From contig NW_027361840.1 of NCBI RefSeq assembly GCF_039654945.1, positions 8,742,001-8,806,000 on the forward strand: a stretch of DNA of 64,000 nt, written 5' to 3'. Source of the DNA: Dendrobates tinctorius. Its lineage: Eukaryota. The notes under the pieces are model-generated. The model was not told the DNA's origin. It did not search any database and saw only the letters and a list, made by a program, of their open reading frames with translations. Below, in pieces: positions 23,421-37,364 of this stretch (position 1 is the first letter of the stretch; each line of letters begins with the position of its first letter). Made by a program: the position numbers and the translations under genes.

Positions 23421-26403
23421 TTCTGGGCGGACCTCCCTCCTGATCCTGTGATACCGTTGGTCCAGGCCCGTTTTGCGGTTGTGTATTACGGCTCTTGTGA
23501 CTCTGGCTTCGTGGAGCTGTGTCTGGCTGGTTTTGGGGCCGCCGTCTGCTGTGTCTTCTGCTTGTTGGGCTCCGGCTTTTGGTCTGGATACATTTTTCTG
23601 GACTCTATTTTTCTACTTCTTCGGGGCTTGTGCACACGTCGTAGGTTTGATGCGGTTTTGCCATGCAGATTTGCTAGCATAACCTGAGGCAATCCTGATG
23701 CCAGCAAAGTGAATGAGAAACCTGGAGTGTCATGCACACGCTGCTTACTTGTGCCTTGCAGAAAATAATCTGCAGCGTCGATTCATTTTTGCAGCATTTT
23801 TCACCATTGACTTCACTCAAATTAGTCAAAAGTGCAGGAAAAAGCGCATCAGAACATGGCAATAACACGCGTTTTTGAAGCAGCATTTTTCCTGCCAAGA
23901 GCTGCAGAAAGTTCTCTATCTGTTTCCTCGTGGTGCGCACATAGCTGCTGACATCTGCTGACCACATGGTAACGCCTCCTCTGTGTACGCCGTCCCCCAT
24001 ACATGACGTGTGATCTGACCTCTCGGACTCGTCTTGAACCTTGAACCCGACCGTCCCCTCGTGTCGGAGGCTGCACTTTCTTATAGACCTTTTCTCTCTT
24101 GTGCCAGAACTCGTTTTTTTTTCTGCTGGATGTTTCCTTAAATAAAATGCATTTTTGCATCGACATTTGGGTGGGAGTCAAGTACCACCTGCCGCCTCCT
24201 GGCTCTGGCATCACTGAAAATTCCCTGTTGCTATGACGACAGTCGCCCGTCCGTCACGGGGTGCAGTATAATGCCAGCTCTGTGATTTAGTGGAATTGCT
24301 GATGTCACCATGCGAGCGCAGGCGGGGAGAGCGTCCATCTGTCAAGGCCGTAGAGGGTTAATCCTGGGTTCATTACCCATCAGTGTTACTGAGGGCAGAA
24401 GTCTACAATGCCCACCTTACTCCAGCACTTGTGATCTTGTGGGGGAGATGTTAGCGACTCCTGGTGACTTTTGGGTTGTTGGCAGCTCGCCCTATGGCAG
24501 GATTCAGGTGAGGTGGAAAAACTAAACTTGCGCTCGGTGTCAGATCCATTGCAGGGTCTCACAGGAAGCTCAAAGGATGAGAAAGGGGCACCATTACATT
24601 TGGCTAAAAATCATTTTTAAATTAGGTTTTATTATAAATATTGTGGAGTTTGTCTTCTACATCTAATATGCATCATTGTGCATGGCAGACTGCAGAGCGA
24701 GTTACCGGTGGTCGCTCAGTGAGCTCATTCTCAGGTCTGTAATGTGGATCTCTATCCTCTGTGTATCACCATGCATGGCAGGTACAGAGCGGGTCACCAG
24801 TGATCAATCAGGTAACTGTCACAGAACAGATGAGATCACTGGTGGCTCATTCTGCTGCTGCTATGTACAGTAATGCATAGCGGATGTAGAAGAGAGATAA
24901 GTCACTGACTGGAAGCTAGTGCACTGTCTGACTAGTAACCCATTCTATGTACAGTGATACAGAAAAGATGTAGAATTGAAATTGTCCAAAAAATTTTATC
25001 AAAACCCCTTTTTGCCAAAGTATTAATGGAATTGCCAATTAAAGACGACCAAAAAACGCGTTGAGGCAGCAGATGAGAAAGGTGTCAGACTCTGGGAAAT
25101 CCGGAAACCACGAAGGCCCGTCTCCTTCCACTTCTCAGGACATTCTCCATCTGGCATCAATGTGTTGTCAGATTGTTAAAAGAATTGTCCACACTCATAT
25201 TATTTTTTATTTTTTTTTTTTTTTTAGTCTGCAGGCATACTTCTTCAAAAAAAAAAAAAGTAGTGAAATTGTCTTTACATACTCGCTGCTGCCCCTAGTT
25301 TCTGTGTATTTGGCTGCTGTGGTGAAAATCCATCTACAGCACATGATCGTCTGCAGCGGTCAGATGCTATAGTCGTGATGTCACCACAACAATCTCAACA
25401 AGACTAGTTGGGCAGCAGTGAGGCATCACTGGGATGTCGTGGAAGTACGGCTGATTGTCTTTAAACCTTCGACTAAAAAACATGAAGTTGAAAACCCCTT
25501 TAATCTGTAGTCCACAGCAGATGTCTGATGGCTGCCCTCACCTGGCCTAATGCCGCACCATGGCAAATAGCCGTTCACCTGCCATATTGAGTTTCTTTAT
25601 TTTTCTTTTATGGACGCTGTTGTGGAAAGACTGTTCATAGCGAATGACCACTGTGCGTCTTATCATTAGCCGCCCAAACCACGGGTCACTGCGGAGAGCA
25701 GTTCATCATGGTGTCCAAAGTGTCATCGGTGGCCAATACACCAACCCTGAACGACTAGAAGAAGTGACCGCAGTGTGTACGTGTGGTGGGGAGGCGCCAT
25801 TGAGGCCCTCTGTGGACAGCGGGTGACGAGAAACACACAAGGGCAAGAAGCGCAAAGGCCTGGGTTGAACTATAGGGACACCCCACTTTTTTGGCTCAAA
25901 TAGGTTGGTTGGTTGTGGTATCTGTACGTGGAAGATCGGCTAAAGACGTCGTATCAGCAGTTTCTGGATATCTCCGGTGTGCTCCAATAATATGTTCGAG
26001 TCCCTGCAGCTGTCAGACGTGCGGGATTGCCTAACAAACAGGCAATCCCCACGTGTGTTGGATAACTCTTGAGCGTGCTCGGATGACATAATATCCGAGC
26101 ACGCTCGCTCATCACTTGTCATCAAAAATCAGGAAATTGTCTGATCGCTTCTGGACAATGACCACCAAAGTCAGGGTGGTCTGTCTGCAGTCAGAAGACC
26201 TGCAACAGATGGTGTATCCTCCACTGAGCCTAAATATGGCTGCGGTGAGGCCGTAACGACCAAGGCCACGTGTGGAGATCAGACTCTGGATCCGTGAGCT
26301 GCAGCCGAGAGTAATACATCTTGACAATTTTTGTACTTTGTGCCATTCTGAAGCGTCTTCAGCATATCGCTCCACACCTGACTTTTCAGGACAAGTCCTC
26401 AAA

Positions 26404-28675
26404 CAGTTGTGTGAAAGAGTTCACCCCTTTACTATTCTTCTGCATGTTTGTCACACTTTACATGTCTTATGTTTGTCTAATATTTACATTTGTTTGATGA
26501 TCTGAGACATTAATCACAAAATGCAGTTTATAAATGAACGTCTTTATTATTAATCTAAAAAGAAATCCAACCCTACAGAGCCTGTGTGAAAAAGTGATTA
26601 CACCCCTCCTTTTAAAATATATTAATTGGTTTATCACATCTTTGGGAAGCTGAGGTCACATCCCCTATCCACACCCAGGCCTGATTACTGCCATACCGGT
26701 TCTCAATCAAGAAATCACTTAAATAGGAAGTGCCTGACAAAGTGAAGTAGACCAAAAGATCCTCAAAAGCTAGACATAATTCCACAGTCTTGATAAATTC
26801 TAGAACAAATGAGAAACCAAGTACCATATTTTTCGGACCATAAGACGCACTTTTTTCCCCCAACATTTTGGGGAAAAGTGGGGGGTGCGTCTTATGGTCG
26901 CAATGTACTAACCTCCGAGGCTGGTGCGGGGGCTCTGTAGTGCAGTGGTGGCAGCAGGCTGTGACCCGGTGCAGGGGTAGCGGCTCTCTGTGCTCCGGTG
27001 CAGGGGCGGCGGCTCCGCCGGCATTTCCTCCAAGACCGGAGGCCCCCCGCACATCCCTTGCTGGCCGCCGCCATGTTGCGGTGGCCTCCGGGAACATGGA
27101 CGCTGGGAAGATGGCCGCCGGTCCAGGGACGGCGCATGCGCAGGTTCAGATCTCATCCCGAGATCTCGGGTGACGAGATCTCATTGCCGAGATTTGAATC
27201 TGCCCAGCTGCCCCAACCCAGCTTCCCCAGCCCGAGCACAGCCCATCTGCCCCAGCCCACCTGCCCCAGCACAGCCCAGCTGCTCCAGCACAACCAACCT
27301 GCCACCACCGCACGAGCCTGGAGCACTTAATGACCCCTGTGACCACTCCTCCACCTGTGACTGATCCCTTCCCAGGTAAGCTGAATTCGGACTGTAAGAC
27401 GGACCCCCATTTGACACATTATTATTTTTTTCCCTATTTTCCTTCTGAAAATTGGGGTGCGTCTTATGGTCCGGTGCGTCTTATAGTCCGAAAAATACTG
27501 TAATTGAGATCTATTAGTCTGGAAAAAGTTATAAAGCCATTTCTAAAGCTTTGCGGCTCCAGCGAACCACAGTGAGAACCATTATCCACAAATGGTAAAA
27601 ACATGGAACAGTGGTGAACCTTCCAAGGAGTGGCCAGACGACCAAAATTACCCCAAGAGCACAGCGCAGACACATCCAAGAGGTCACAGAAGACCCAACA
27701 ACAGCATCCATAGAACTGATCCATAGAACTGCAGGCCTCACTTGCCTCAGTTAAGGTCAGTGTTCATGACTCCACCATAGGAAAGAGAGCCGGCAAAAAT
27801 GGCCTGCATGGCAGAGTCCCAAGATGAAAACCACTGCTGATCAATAAGAACATAAAGGTTTGTCTCCGTTTTGCCAGAAAACATCTTGATGATCCCCAAG
27901 ACTTTTGGGAGAATACTCTGTGGACTGGCGAGACCAAAAGTTGAACTTTTTGGAAGGTTTATGTCCCATTACATCTGGCGTAGAAGTAACAGCATTTCAG
28001 AAAAGGAACATCATACCAACAGTAAAATATGGTGGTGGTTGTCTGTTTTTCCACTTCAGGACCTGGAATGGTTGATGTGGAAAATGGAACCTTGAATTCT
28101 GCTGTCTACCAAAAAATCCTGAAAGAGAATGTCCGGCCATCTGTTCCTGACCTCAAGCTGAAGCACACTTGTGTTATACAGGACAATGATCCAAACACAC
28201 ACCTGCAAGTCCACCTTTGAATAGCTGAAGAAAAACGAAATTAAGACTTTGGAGTGGCCTAGTCAAAGTTCTGACCATAATCCTATTGAGATGCTGTAAT
28301 GACCTTAAAAAAGCGGTTCATGCTCAGAAACCTCCAATGTGGCTGAATTACAATAATTCTGCAGAGATGAGCGGCCAGAATCCCTCCAGAGCGTTGTAAA
28401 AGCCTCATTGCAAATTATAGCAAACACTTGGTTGCAGTTGTTGCCGCAAAGGGCAGCCCAACCAGTTATTAGGTTTAGTGTGCAAAGACTTTCTCACACA
28501 GGGCCCTGTAGGTTTGGATTTCTTTTTCCCTCAATAAAGACCTTCATTTATAAACTGCATTGTGTTATCTTTGTCTAGTATTTACATTTGTTTGGTGATT
28601 GGAAATATTTAAGTGTGACAAACATGGAAAAGAAAAGGAAATCAGGAAGGGGGCGAACACTTTTTCACACAACTG
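26404..28675 (+). mobile_element. Tc1/mariner transposon, decayed
   Basis: TIRs CAGTTGTGTGAAA ... TTTCACACAACTG-TA; transposase remnants (QDNDP, WPSQS-like) with frameshifts. Confidence 0.9.
26824..27500. mobile_element. TA-flanked MITE (pogo/Tigger-like) nested in the Tc1 ORF
   Basis: TA-CCATATTTTTCGGACCATAAGACGCAC ... GTGCGTCTTATAGTCCGAAAAATACTG-TA; the flanks rejoin as Tc1 coding sequence. Confidence 0.85.
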
Positions 28676-29444
28676 TACGTGTAAATTGTGATGGTCCATA
28701 GACGCCCAGGAGCCCAGAGATCTCTCAGCGAGTCGCTGCAGGACATTCACAGGGTGAGGATTTGCAAAAGCAAATTCCATGGTGGATTTGTGGTGAAATC
28801 TGCAGCTGCTGTTCGGGATTGATGTTCCTGGTCTGGATTGTAAAAGCCACGTCCCGGTCTTAAGTATTTGCAGATCATCTGAAATGTGGGATAAAAAAAA
28901 ATTCTCATACGTCGTCAGCAGAATCCTTTGTGTGAACGTGGCCTTAGTGACTTCTGGCAGCTTTACTGAAAGCTTTCACAAGCCGAACGATCCCAGGGTA
29001 TTGAAGCCATTGGATCTCTATGCCATAGACCTGGCGCTGCATAGATGGACCGATAAATGTATCTGCATCATCCTGAATGAGCTTCTCCGGGGGCCACATA
29101 TAGCTGCATGGCTATTATACCGCCATACCCTCCCGCATGAGCCGCAGGACTTCTGTGGGGGATATGGAGGCTAGGAATTAGGTTAGGTGCTTTACATAAG
29201 CCGGTAATTTCCAACACTCAACTTAGCAAAAAGTTTTCATTTTAAAGTGACAGCATAAAGTTGTGACAGATTCTGATTGCAGCCACTTCTGTCACATGTT
29301 CGATGTCCTGCAGGCGATGAAGTCGCCCTGTATTGGCTGCAGCGTGACCCCCCCCCCCCCATCTTATCGCTGATTTGACCGTTTTCTCTCTAATCTGTGG
29401 ATGTTAGCTGTCTGCGGCAAGGGGGGCGAGTAGCAAGAAAATAG

Positions 29445-29781
29445 AGCAGACTGCTGGACGCGCTCGCTCGCCTTTGAGCAGACTGCTGGGCGCGCTCGCT
29501 CGCCTTTGAGCAGACTGCTGGGCGCGCTCGCTCGCCTTTGAGCAGACTGCTGGGCGCGCTCGCTCGCCTTTGAGCAGACTGCTGGGCGCGCTCGCTCGCC
29601 TTTGAGCAGACTGCTGGGCGCGCTCGCTCGCCTTTGAGCAGACTGCTGGGCGCGCTCGCTCGCCTTTGAGCAGACTGCTGGGCGCGCTCGCTCGCCTTTG
29701 AGCAGACTGCTGGGCGCGCTCGCTCGCTTTAGAGCAGACTGCTGGGCGCGCTCGCTCGCCTTAGAGCAGACTGCTGGGCGC
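29445..29781. repeat. 32-bp tandem repeat
   Basis: Unit GAGCAGACTGCTGGGCGCGCTCGCTCGCCTTT, about 10 copies. Confidence 0.95.
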
Positions 29782-31124
29782 TGCCATACGTAATCGCCAG
29801 AGCTCAGTTCACACCTCAGCTGCTGTTTTATGAAAACTGCAGTGAGACATCTAGCAAGTGATAAAGCCCCAGGCGGCTGCCTAAACCTGGCCACAGATTC
29901 CCTCTACAGATCTTAGTTTGGGTTTGCAGCTGACTGGTCTGTCTCCATGGTAACAGACAACAAAACAGGCTGCGTAGTCTGATCCTGCTCTACTTATTAA
30001 TACAACACGTGTGTTACAATTAATGAGGAGGTGAATGGGCAGGAGCGGGCGTGCAGAAAAAGGTGTACACCATAAATAGATGTATACCTGTGTGCTAGTA
30101 TGTCCTTCCCAGGAACACGTAGGACCCATAACAAGTGTGCTAAATTACAGAAAATGTTACGTATATATGTAAATCCACACCAATGCAAACAAAAGGCTGT
30201 ATATGTGCACTGTACACTCGATAGCAAGCTTAGGGGTAGGTGACAAACCGGAGCACAAACAGGTAATCTATAAATATAGGCGTATGGAGGTCAGCCTAGT
30301 TTGCCCAATCTGCCATCATAGCTTACGTGCCAATATGTATCTGGTTACACGGTAAAAAATGCAACAAACCTAGTGCGAAACACTGTACAGTAACAAAGTA
30401 ATTACCATATTCACCGCTCTGCAGTCCAGCAAAGTTCTTAGTGGCATCCACTGTAAAGAAGAGTCGCAGGACTAGGACTGTCGATCGTGGACTGCGTGAC
30501 GTCACACGCTGCTGTACCTGTGACCGCATTACCCTGTATTTGTGCGTTCAGCCACCCCACCGGCCGGGGCCGCCAGTCTGCTACGTCGCATCTCTACTTG
30601 CGTCATTATTTGGCCAGGGTCCTCCGCACGTTAGCTGCGATGTCATGGTGGGAAAACTGATCTCCTTAGGTATTTTATTAAAAAAAATAGAAGTGTTTGT
30701 AGCTTTTTTCCCATACGCTGTCCTTCTCTGAAGGATTTTAGCACAGGCGTCTCTCGTTTGGTGTCTGTTACCGTATTACTCAGCTCAGCAACCGTGGATG
30801 CGGAAAAAAAATTTATAAAGTAATTCTTTTTTTTTTTTTTTTTCAGTTTGACAAAACACTTCCCCCACCCCGACCACATATATGGGGCCTGCAGGAGATT
30901 AAAATGTGAAGCCATTGTCACATACCCGCTTCTTGGCACGTGACTTGGGGTTGCGCCTGCAAGGGTTAATCTATCTCCTCTCACTCAGTCCAGCATTCAA
31001 CCTCTGTCCTATGCTGCAATGGGAGCATAAATCACACCCCGACACAGATCACACACCGAATACACAGGCGATGAGTCCCAGAAGTACCACTCTACTGTCT
31101 GCCAATCCCCAGGATCACACACTA

Positions 31125-31483
31125 AAGTTACTGTCACACTTAGCGATGTACCAGCGATATGACGCGGTCAGGATCGCTGGTACATCGCTAAGTGGTCGCT
31201 AGTGAGCTGCCACACAGGCAGATCTCACCAGCGACATCGCTGGGGACGGGGGGTCGCTACTTACCTGTCACACTAGGCGATCCTGACGTCCTCCCGCCCG
31301 GCTCCACACTCGTCTCTCCACAGGAAGCTGACGACGAGAAGCGGTCCTGAACGTTCTCGCGCGATCAGCGATAACCAACGGGTCGTAGGTAAGTATCACA
31401 CACAGCGATATCGCTAGCAATATCGCTATGACGGCACTAGTTATAGCGATATTGCTAGCGATATCGCTTAGTGTGACAGTACC
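31125..31483. mobile_element. PIF/Harbinger-type MITE
   Basis: TIRs TACTGTCACACTTAGCGAT ... ATCGCTTAGTGTGACAGTA. Confidence 0.8.
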
Positions 31484-32331
31484 TTAAGGCTATGGATTCT
31501 TTAGAGCATACAAGGTTCAAACTTATTAAAGTTTTAAGCTTTAATAGGATGTGGAAATAAAAAGTGACATACAAACATGCAAAACAGTTATAAAAATAAA
31601 AGGGAGAAACTTACCGAAATATCAAAACTTTGCAGTCTGGTATTCTGCTCCCTGAGGGGGGAGGAATATGAAATGGATTACACCAGCTTGACTGTCCCTC
31701 AGTCTGTGAACATCTTTCTTTGTGTAAAGGCCTAATTTATAGATTTAGCCTGGAGATCAGATTTCTAGACCAGCCTCTCATGTTAATAATCTAATTCCTG
31801 GTTTGAGACTGGACCATGGCTACTTATCAATGAATACATTTAGGTTCTTGTCTTAGATTGTCAGGCTGCAAATAGGTCTCATTTGTCTTCTGTCTTCAAG
31901 GGATCCCAGGTGTGAAATGTTTCCAATTTTGTGTGTTCCCAGGAAAGCCCCCTGGGGTCTGAGACCAGGAAAACTACCTTTTCTCAGGATAATATGTTAT
32001 CACCTTTGTGAGACCTGCAGCTTAAGGACAGATGCTAGTTAACTGCCGGACATATATCACCTACAAACACATTTCCACTACATCCATCAATACATTTTAT
32101 ATCTTCTATCTGTTGCTGCATTCCTGAGAATTTGGTGTTTTCATTCATGTGCAAATGATCAGTAAGTGCTCTGGGTGTGGTCAAGAACTTCCCAACACTC
32201 TACCTCCACAGGGAAATCACTTTGGGAGACAGTGACTCCTTAAGTGCTGTCACACCCTTTACAAAGGGTTTTCTAGTACCTGGACAGCCACCTTTGAAAA
32301 TAAAAGCTCCTCCTATCCCCCCACTTGCATA

Positions 32332-32921
32332 GTTCCAGCGATGTTGGAGCCCGTGTGGCGCATCGTTCCAGCGATGTTGGAGCCCGTGTGGCGCATCGTT
32401 CCAGCGATGTTGGAGCCCGTGTGGCGCTTCGTTCCAGCGATGTTGGAGCCCGTGTGGCGCATCGTTCCAGCGATGTTGGAGCCCGCGTGGCGCATCGTTC
32501 CAGCGATGTTGGAGCCCGCGTGGCGCATCGTTCCAGCGATGTTGGAGCCCGCGTGGCGCATCGTTCCAGCGATGTTGGAGCCCGCGTGGCGCATCGTTCC
32601 AGCGATGTTGGAGCCCGCGTGGCGCATCGTTCCAGCGATGTTGGAGCCCGCGTGGCGCATCGTTCCAGCGATGTTGGAGCCCGCGTGGCGCATCGTTCCA
32701 GCGATGTTGGAGCCCGCGTGGCGCACCGTTCCAGCGATGTTGGAGCCCGCGTGGCGCACCGTTCCAGCGATGTTGGAGCCCGCGTGGCGCACCGTTCCAG
32801 CGATGTTGGAGCCCGCGTGGCGCACCGTTCCAGCGATGTTGGAGCCCGCGTGGCGCACCGTTCCAGCGATGTTGGAGCCCGCGTGGCGCACCGTTCCAGC
32901 TATGTTGGAGCCCGCGTGGCA
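32332..32921. repeat. 33-bp tandem repeat (about 18 copies)
   Basis: Unit GTTCCAGCGATGTTGGAGCCCGCGTGGCGCATC. Confidence 0.97.
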
Positions 32922-33229
32922 CTGTCCGTTATTGGGCAGAGGCATTCTCTTGATTGAGCCTTGGACAAGCAGAAGTAACTCGGCAGCCCCATCAGTGTCT
33001 GATTGGCCGCAGCGCCCACGTGGCAGAACATTGCCGCAGGACACCTGACGACACCATTGCTGTAGACACGCTGTGTGGGAAGTGGGTATCTGTTATTTTA
33101 TGACTACTTTTATAAAGAGGTTCTCCAGGGAGACTCATTTGCACATGACAGAAAATGCTAAGGACTCAGGAAGCAGCAACATTTGATCTAAAGGTGTTGA
33201 TGAATTTACATTTCACATACCTTCATGCC

Positions 33230-33410
33230 CCTATATTTGGAGTGTGGGAGGAAACTGGAGAACCCGGAGGAAACCCAGGAAACATGGGGAGAACATACAA
33301 ATTCCTTGCAAATGTCCTTGGGTTGGATTTAAGCACAGGACCCCAGCGCTGCAAGGCTGTAGTGCTTACCACTGAGCCGACGACTGCTAATCACTGAGCC
33401 ACCGTGCTGC
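33230..33410 (-). mobile_element. tRNA-derived SINE (V-SINE-like) fragment
   Basis: Minus-strand head GGCTCAGTGGTAAGCACT...GCAGCGCTGGGGTCC, followed by the conserved-looking core GGGTTTCCTCCGGGTTCTCCAGTTTCCTCCCACA. Confidence 0.7.
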
Positions 33411-33537
33411 TCATCTTACTGATGTATACCCTTTAATTTATTGGATAAGAACCTGAGCATTTCTAGACCATTTGTGAAGGTTTGTGGAGCGTTGATGTGA
33501 TTCTGTGCGGGGTTTTCCTTTTCCCTGCAGCCACATA

Positions 33538-34889
33538 CAGGTGCTTCTCAGAAAATTAGAATAGTGTTTATTTCTGTTAATGTTGAGGATTATGGCTTAC
33601 AGCCACTGAAAACCCAAAATTCATTATCTCAGTAAATTGGAATACTTTATTACACCAGCTTGAAAAAATAATTGTAAAATCCGAAATGTTGTTCTACTCA
33701 AATGTATGTAAATGTACTTGGTCGGGGCTCCTACTGCATCAATTCCTGTATCAATGCGGCGTGGCATGGAGGCGATCAGCCTGTGGCACTGCTGAGGGGT
33801 TATGGAAGCCCAGGTTGCTTTGATAGCAGCCTTCAGCTCGTCTGCATTGTTGGGTCTGGTGTCTCTCATCTTCCTCCTGACAATACTCCATAGATTCTCT
33901 ATGGGGTTAAGGTCAGGCGAGTTTGCTGCCAATCAAGCCCAGTGATACTGTTGTGTGTACACCAGGTATTGGTACTTTTGGCAGTGTGGACAGGGGCCAA
34001 GTCCTGCTGGAGAATGACATTTCCATCTCCATAAAGCTTGTCAGCAGAGGGAAGCACGAAGAGCTCTAAAATGCCCTGGTAGACGGCTGCGCTGACTTTG
34101 GTCTTGATAAAACACAGTGGACCTACACCAGCAGATGACATGGCTCCTCAAACCATCACTGATGGTGGAGACTTCACACTAGACCTCCAGCAGCTTGGAT
34201 TGTGGCCTCTCCACTCTGAGTCTTCCTCCAGACTCTGGGACCACTGACAACAGTCCGGTTCTTCGTTTCCTTGGCCCCGGTAAGACGCTTCTGGCGTTGT
34301 CTATTGGTCATGAGTGAGTGACCCAAGGAATGTGACACTTGTAGCCCATGTCCTGGATACGTCTGTGTGTGGTGTGAAGCAATGATTCCAGCAGCAGTCC
34401 ACTCCTTGTGAATCTCCCCCACATTACTGAATGGCCTTTTCTTAACAATCCTTTCCAGGCTGCGGTTATCCCGGTTCCTTGTGCACCTTTTTCTACCACA
34501 CTTTTTCCTTCCACTCCATTTTCCATTAATCTGCTTGGATCCAGCACTCTTTGAACAGCCGGCTTCTCTAGCAATGACCTTTTGTGGCTTCCCCTCCTTG
34601 TGGAGTGTGTCAGTGACTGCCTTCTGGACATCTGTCAGGTCAGCAGTCTTCCCCATGATTGTTGAGCTACTGAAACAGACTATGGGGCCTTTATAAACAC
34701 TTGGGAAGGTGTTTTTTTTTTTTGTTAATTATTCTAATTTCCTGAGATAATGACTTTTGGGTTCTCATTGGCTGTAAGCCATAATCACCAACATTACCAG
34801 AAATAAACCCGTGAGATAGATCACTCTGTGTGTAATGACTCGATAGAATAGAGGAGAGTCACTTTTTGTATATTGTGAGAAGCTTCCTG
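33538..34889 (-). mobile_element. Tc1/mariner transposon, decayed
   Basis: TA-CAGGTGCTTCTC ... GAGAAGCTTCCTG-TA. Fragments MGKTADLTDVQKAV..., QQDLAPVH and ANSPDLNPIENLW lie in three frames. Confidence 0.92.
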
Positions 34890-35146
34890 TATCAGTAACA
34901 TGTGGATGGTTGCACATGAGTACAGGTCTCCCTCGTGTGACCACCACTACCCTCCTGTGTAATGATCGGCTCCGATAAGGTTTTATTTGTTCCTGGAGAG
35001 AACTAATCCCATTTGCGGTGAAATGAGCTGAGTCAGCTGAAATGAACAACGGTGAAATGTGGCGGGAAGTGTGAATACTGTATCAGACCGGAGGCCTGAG
35101 TTTTTAGCAGGCTTGTACTAAACGCTTAGTCAGGGGTAACCATTAT

Positions 35147-36106
35147 CCCCTTAGTGATGGGGACAAATTTTTGAAATCTGATCAATGTCACATTGTGCTA
35201 ATATCTCTTGAACACTTCAACAAATCCCAGTGGTTTTGAGATTTTTTTTTTCGTGGCACATTATGTTTTATGATAATGCTAAATTTAGGTTGATATGTTT
35301 TGTGTTAGGGTTATTCACAAAAAATATCAGAAATTTGAGAAAAAATGTTAAAAAATTAGCAATTTTCAAACTTTGATTATCTCTTTAATCCAGATAGTCA
35401 TACCATAGAAAAACCTTAATAAATAACATTTTCTCCATCTCTGCTTTACATCAGCACCATTTGTAAAATGTTCTTTTATTTTGTTAGCATTTCAGGAAGT
35501 TTCAAAATGGAGCAGCAATTTTTCGTTTTTTCAAGGAAATTTACAAAAATTTATTTTTTTAGGGACCTATCCAGGTTTGAAGTGACTTTTAGGGGTCCTA
35601 TATATTGGTAAACCCCCAAAAGTGATAGCATTTTAAAAACAGCACCCCCTGATGTATTGAAAACTGCAGTCAGGTAGTTTATTAACTCTTCAGGTAATTT
35701 TCAGGAATTAATACAAAGTGACATGACCGGAATGAAAAAAGTGTTTTTTATCACCCAAATGTCGGTAACTTCTGAACAGGTCGTTACAGCTGACAGACTC
35801 TAAGGCCGCTATTTGGCCAAGAATTGCCACTGCAAACATCAGGACCACACAATCATGATCTCGGTGCAGATTGGGATAAAGAGAAAGCGCCCACACTCTG
35901 TTAACCATTTATATGATGTAATCACTATTGACAGCAGCATTTAATGGGGTGAACAGATGTGGTCGGTGCCAACACTGATCGTGGCTGATGCAGCAAGTTG
36001 TCAGCTGTAGTGGACAGCCAACAGCTGCTGGATTGTCCCTTGTATGGGGAGGCTATTCTCTTATATCTCAGGTCAGTAAAAAGACGTATTGGCGGTCATT
36101 AAGGGG
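35147..36106. mobile_element. TTAA-type (piggyBac-like) non-autonomous element
   Basis: ttat-CCCCTTAGTGA ... TCATTAAGGGG-ttaa. Confidence 0.65.
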
Positions 36107-36259
36107 TTAAATCTGTGCCTGGACCAGTGCATCTGGGGCACTCCTGGTGTGGCTGGTATCTGTCAGTGATCACAGGACCCATTGTGTACCAGCGAGCGAG
36201 GCCCTATAAATCTTATGTTCACTCATTGCATAGAAAAGTTTACAGCTCCCATGCAGACC

Positions 36260-37156
36260 TGTTATGAATGGGTCACCGAGGAGGATAGCAGGGCCAGGCT
36301 AAGCCACAGAAAACCAGAGAGGTTGGTAACTAAGCGGATGCAGACCCCTGATCCTATCCACACAACTAGCAGTAGCCGTGGAGCGTACCTACGATGCCTT
36401 AGACGCCTCGGCACAGCCGGAGAGCTAACTAAGCCTAAAGCAAGAAAGGGGAAATCTAAACTGCCCCTGAGCAGACTCCAAAAGGAATAGATAGCCCCCA
36501 AATACATATTGTCGGTGAGACAAGATGAAAGCACAAACGCAGGCAGAAAAATAGACTGGGCAAACGATGGGGCCCACACTGACTAGACAGGAAAGGAAAG
36601 ACACTGTCTGCAATCACGCAAAAAACTCTGCAAAAAGGTCCAACACATCTGATGCAAAAACACTGAAGTCACACGACTTCGCCCCCCACTATATCAGCAC
36701 TCTGGTATATTCTGAAAGCAAAGCAAAAAGAGACCAATATAAAAGGGGACAAAACAAACTGGCACATGCAGTAACATATGGGCGGTGATTCAGCCCCAGC
36801 CGGAGCTAGCTGACCCGCACAAAGCAGAGATAAAACCAGATCAAATGCAAACAGAATAGCAAATGAACCACTTAGCTGAACATGCAGGGAAAGAGCAGGA
36901 GACATCAGACCTCAGGACGCACAGGAAAAAAAAATCACCAGCAGGGATAGAGGGAGTCAGCTGTCTTAAATCCCAATCAGAAACCCCAGATCTCCAATCG
37001 TCTTGCTCATTATCAGGTGGCAAGCCTCTGTTAGTCACATCAGCTCCACTGCCTCCAGTAACCACCAGAGGGAGCCCAGAAAGAGAACTCTCAATCTGAC
37101 CAGCTCCACTATCTTCAGTAATCACCAGAGGGAAGCCAGAGAGAGAATTCACAACA
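36260..37156. mobile_element. Solo LTR (897 bp) with 6-bp target-site duplication
   Basis: CAGACC-TGTTATG ... TTCACAACA-CAGACC; TGTT/AACA termini; no internal coding region. Confidence 0.85.
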
Positions 37157-37364
37157 CAGACCTGTCGGTCTCCAAAGAGACACCATAAACTTTGCACCTC
37201 CCTCTGTTTCCCTCTACAATTGATATTCACACAATGCCCAAAGCAAACAAACTACAAAAGTTTGTTTCCTGTCAACTAGCGCGGAGATTCAGGCTGTGTG
37301 CCCACGTAGCGTTTCTTTTTAAGCGTTTTTGATGCGTTTTTCGGGGTCAAACCGCATCAAAAAC

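Noticed and set aside
25600-26400. Possible transposase or other coding remnant (similarly 18560-19000)
   Set aside because: No recognisable motif in the frames I could translate; left unannotated.
29445-29781. GCGCGCTCGCTCGC resembling the AAV Rep-binding element
   Set aside because: Short low-complexity match; no ITR hairpin or rep/cap sequence nearby.
30480-30680. CpG patch with a perfect CRE (TGACGTCA, 30497-30504) and a donor-like TTAG|GTATTT as an internal setd2 promoter
   Set aside because: The nearby ATG is out of phase with downstream exons, and the motif alone is too common to support a call.
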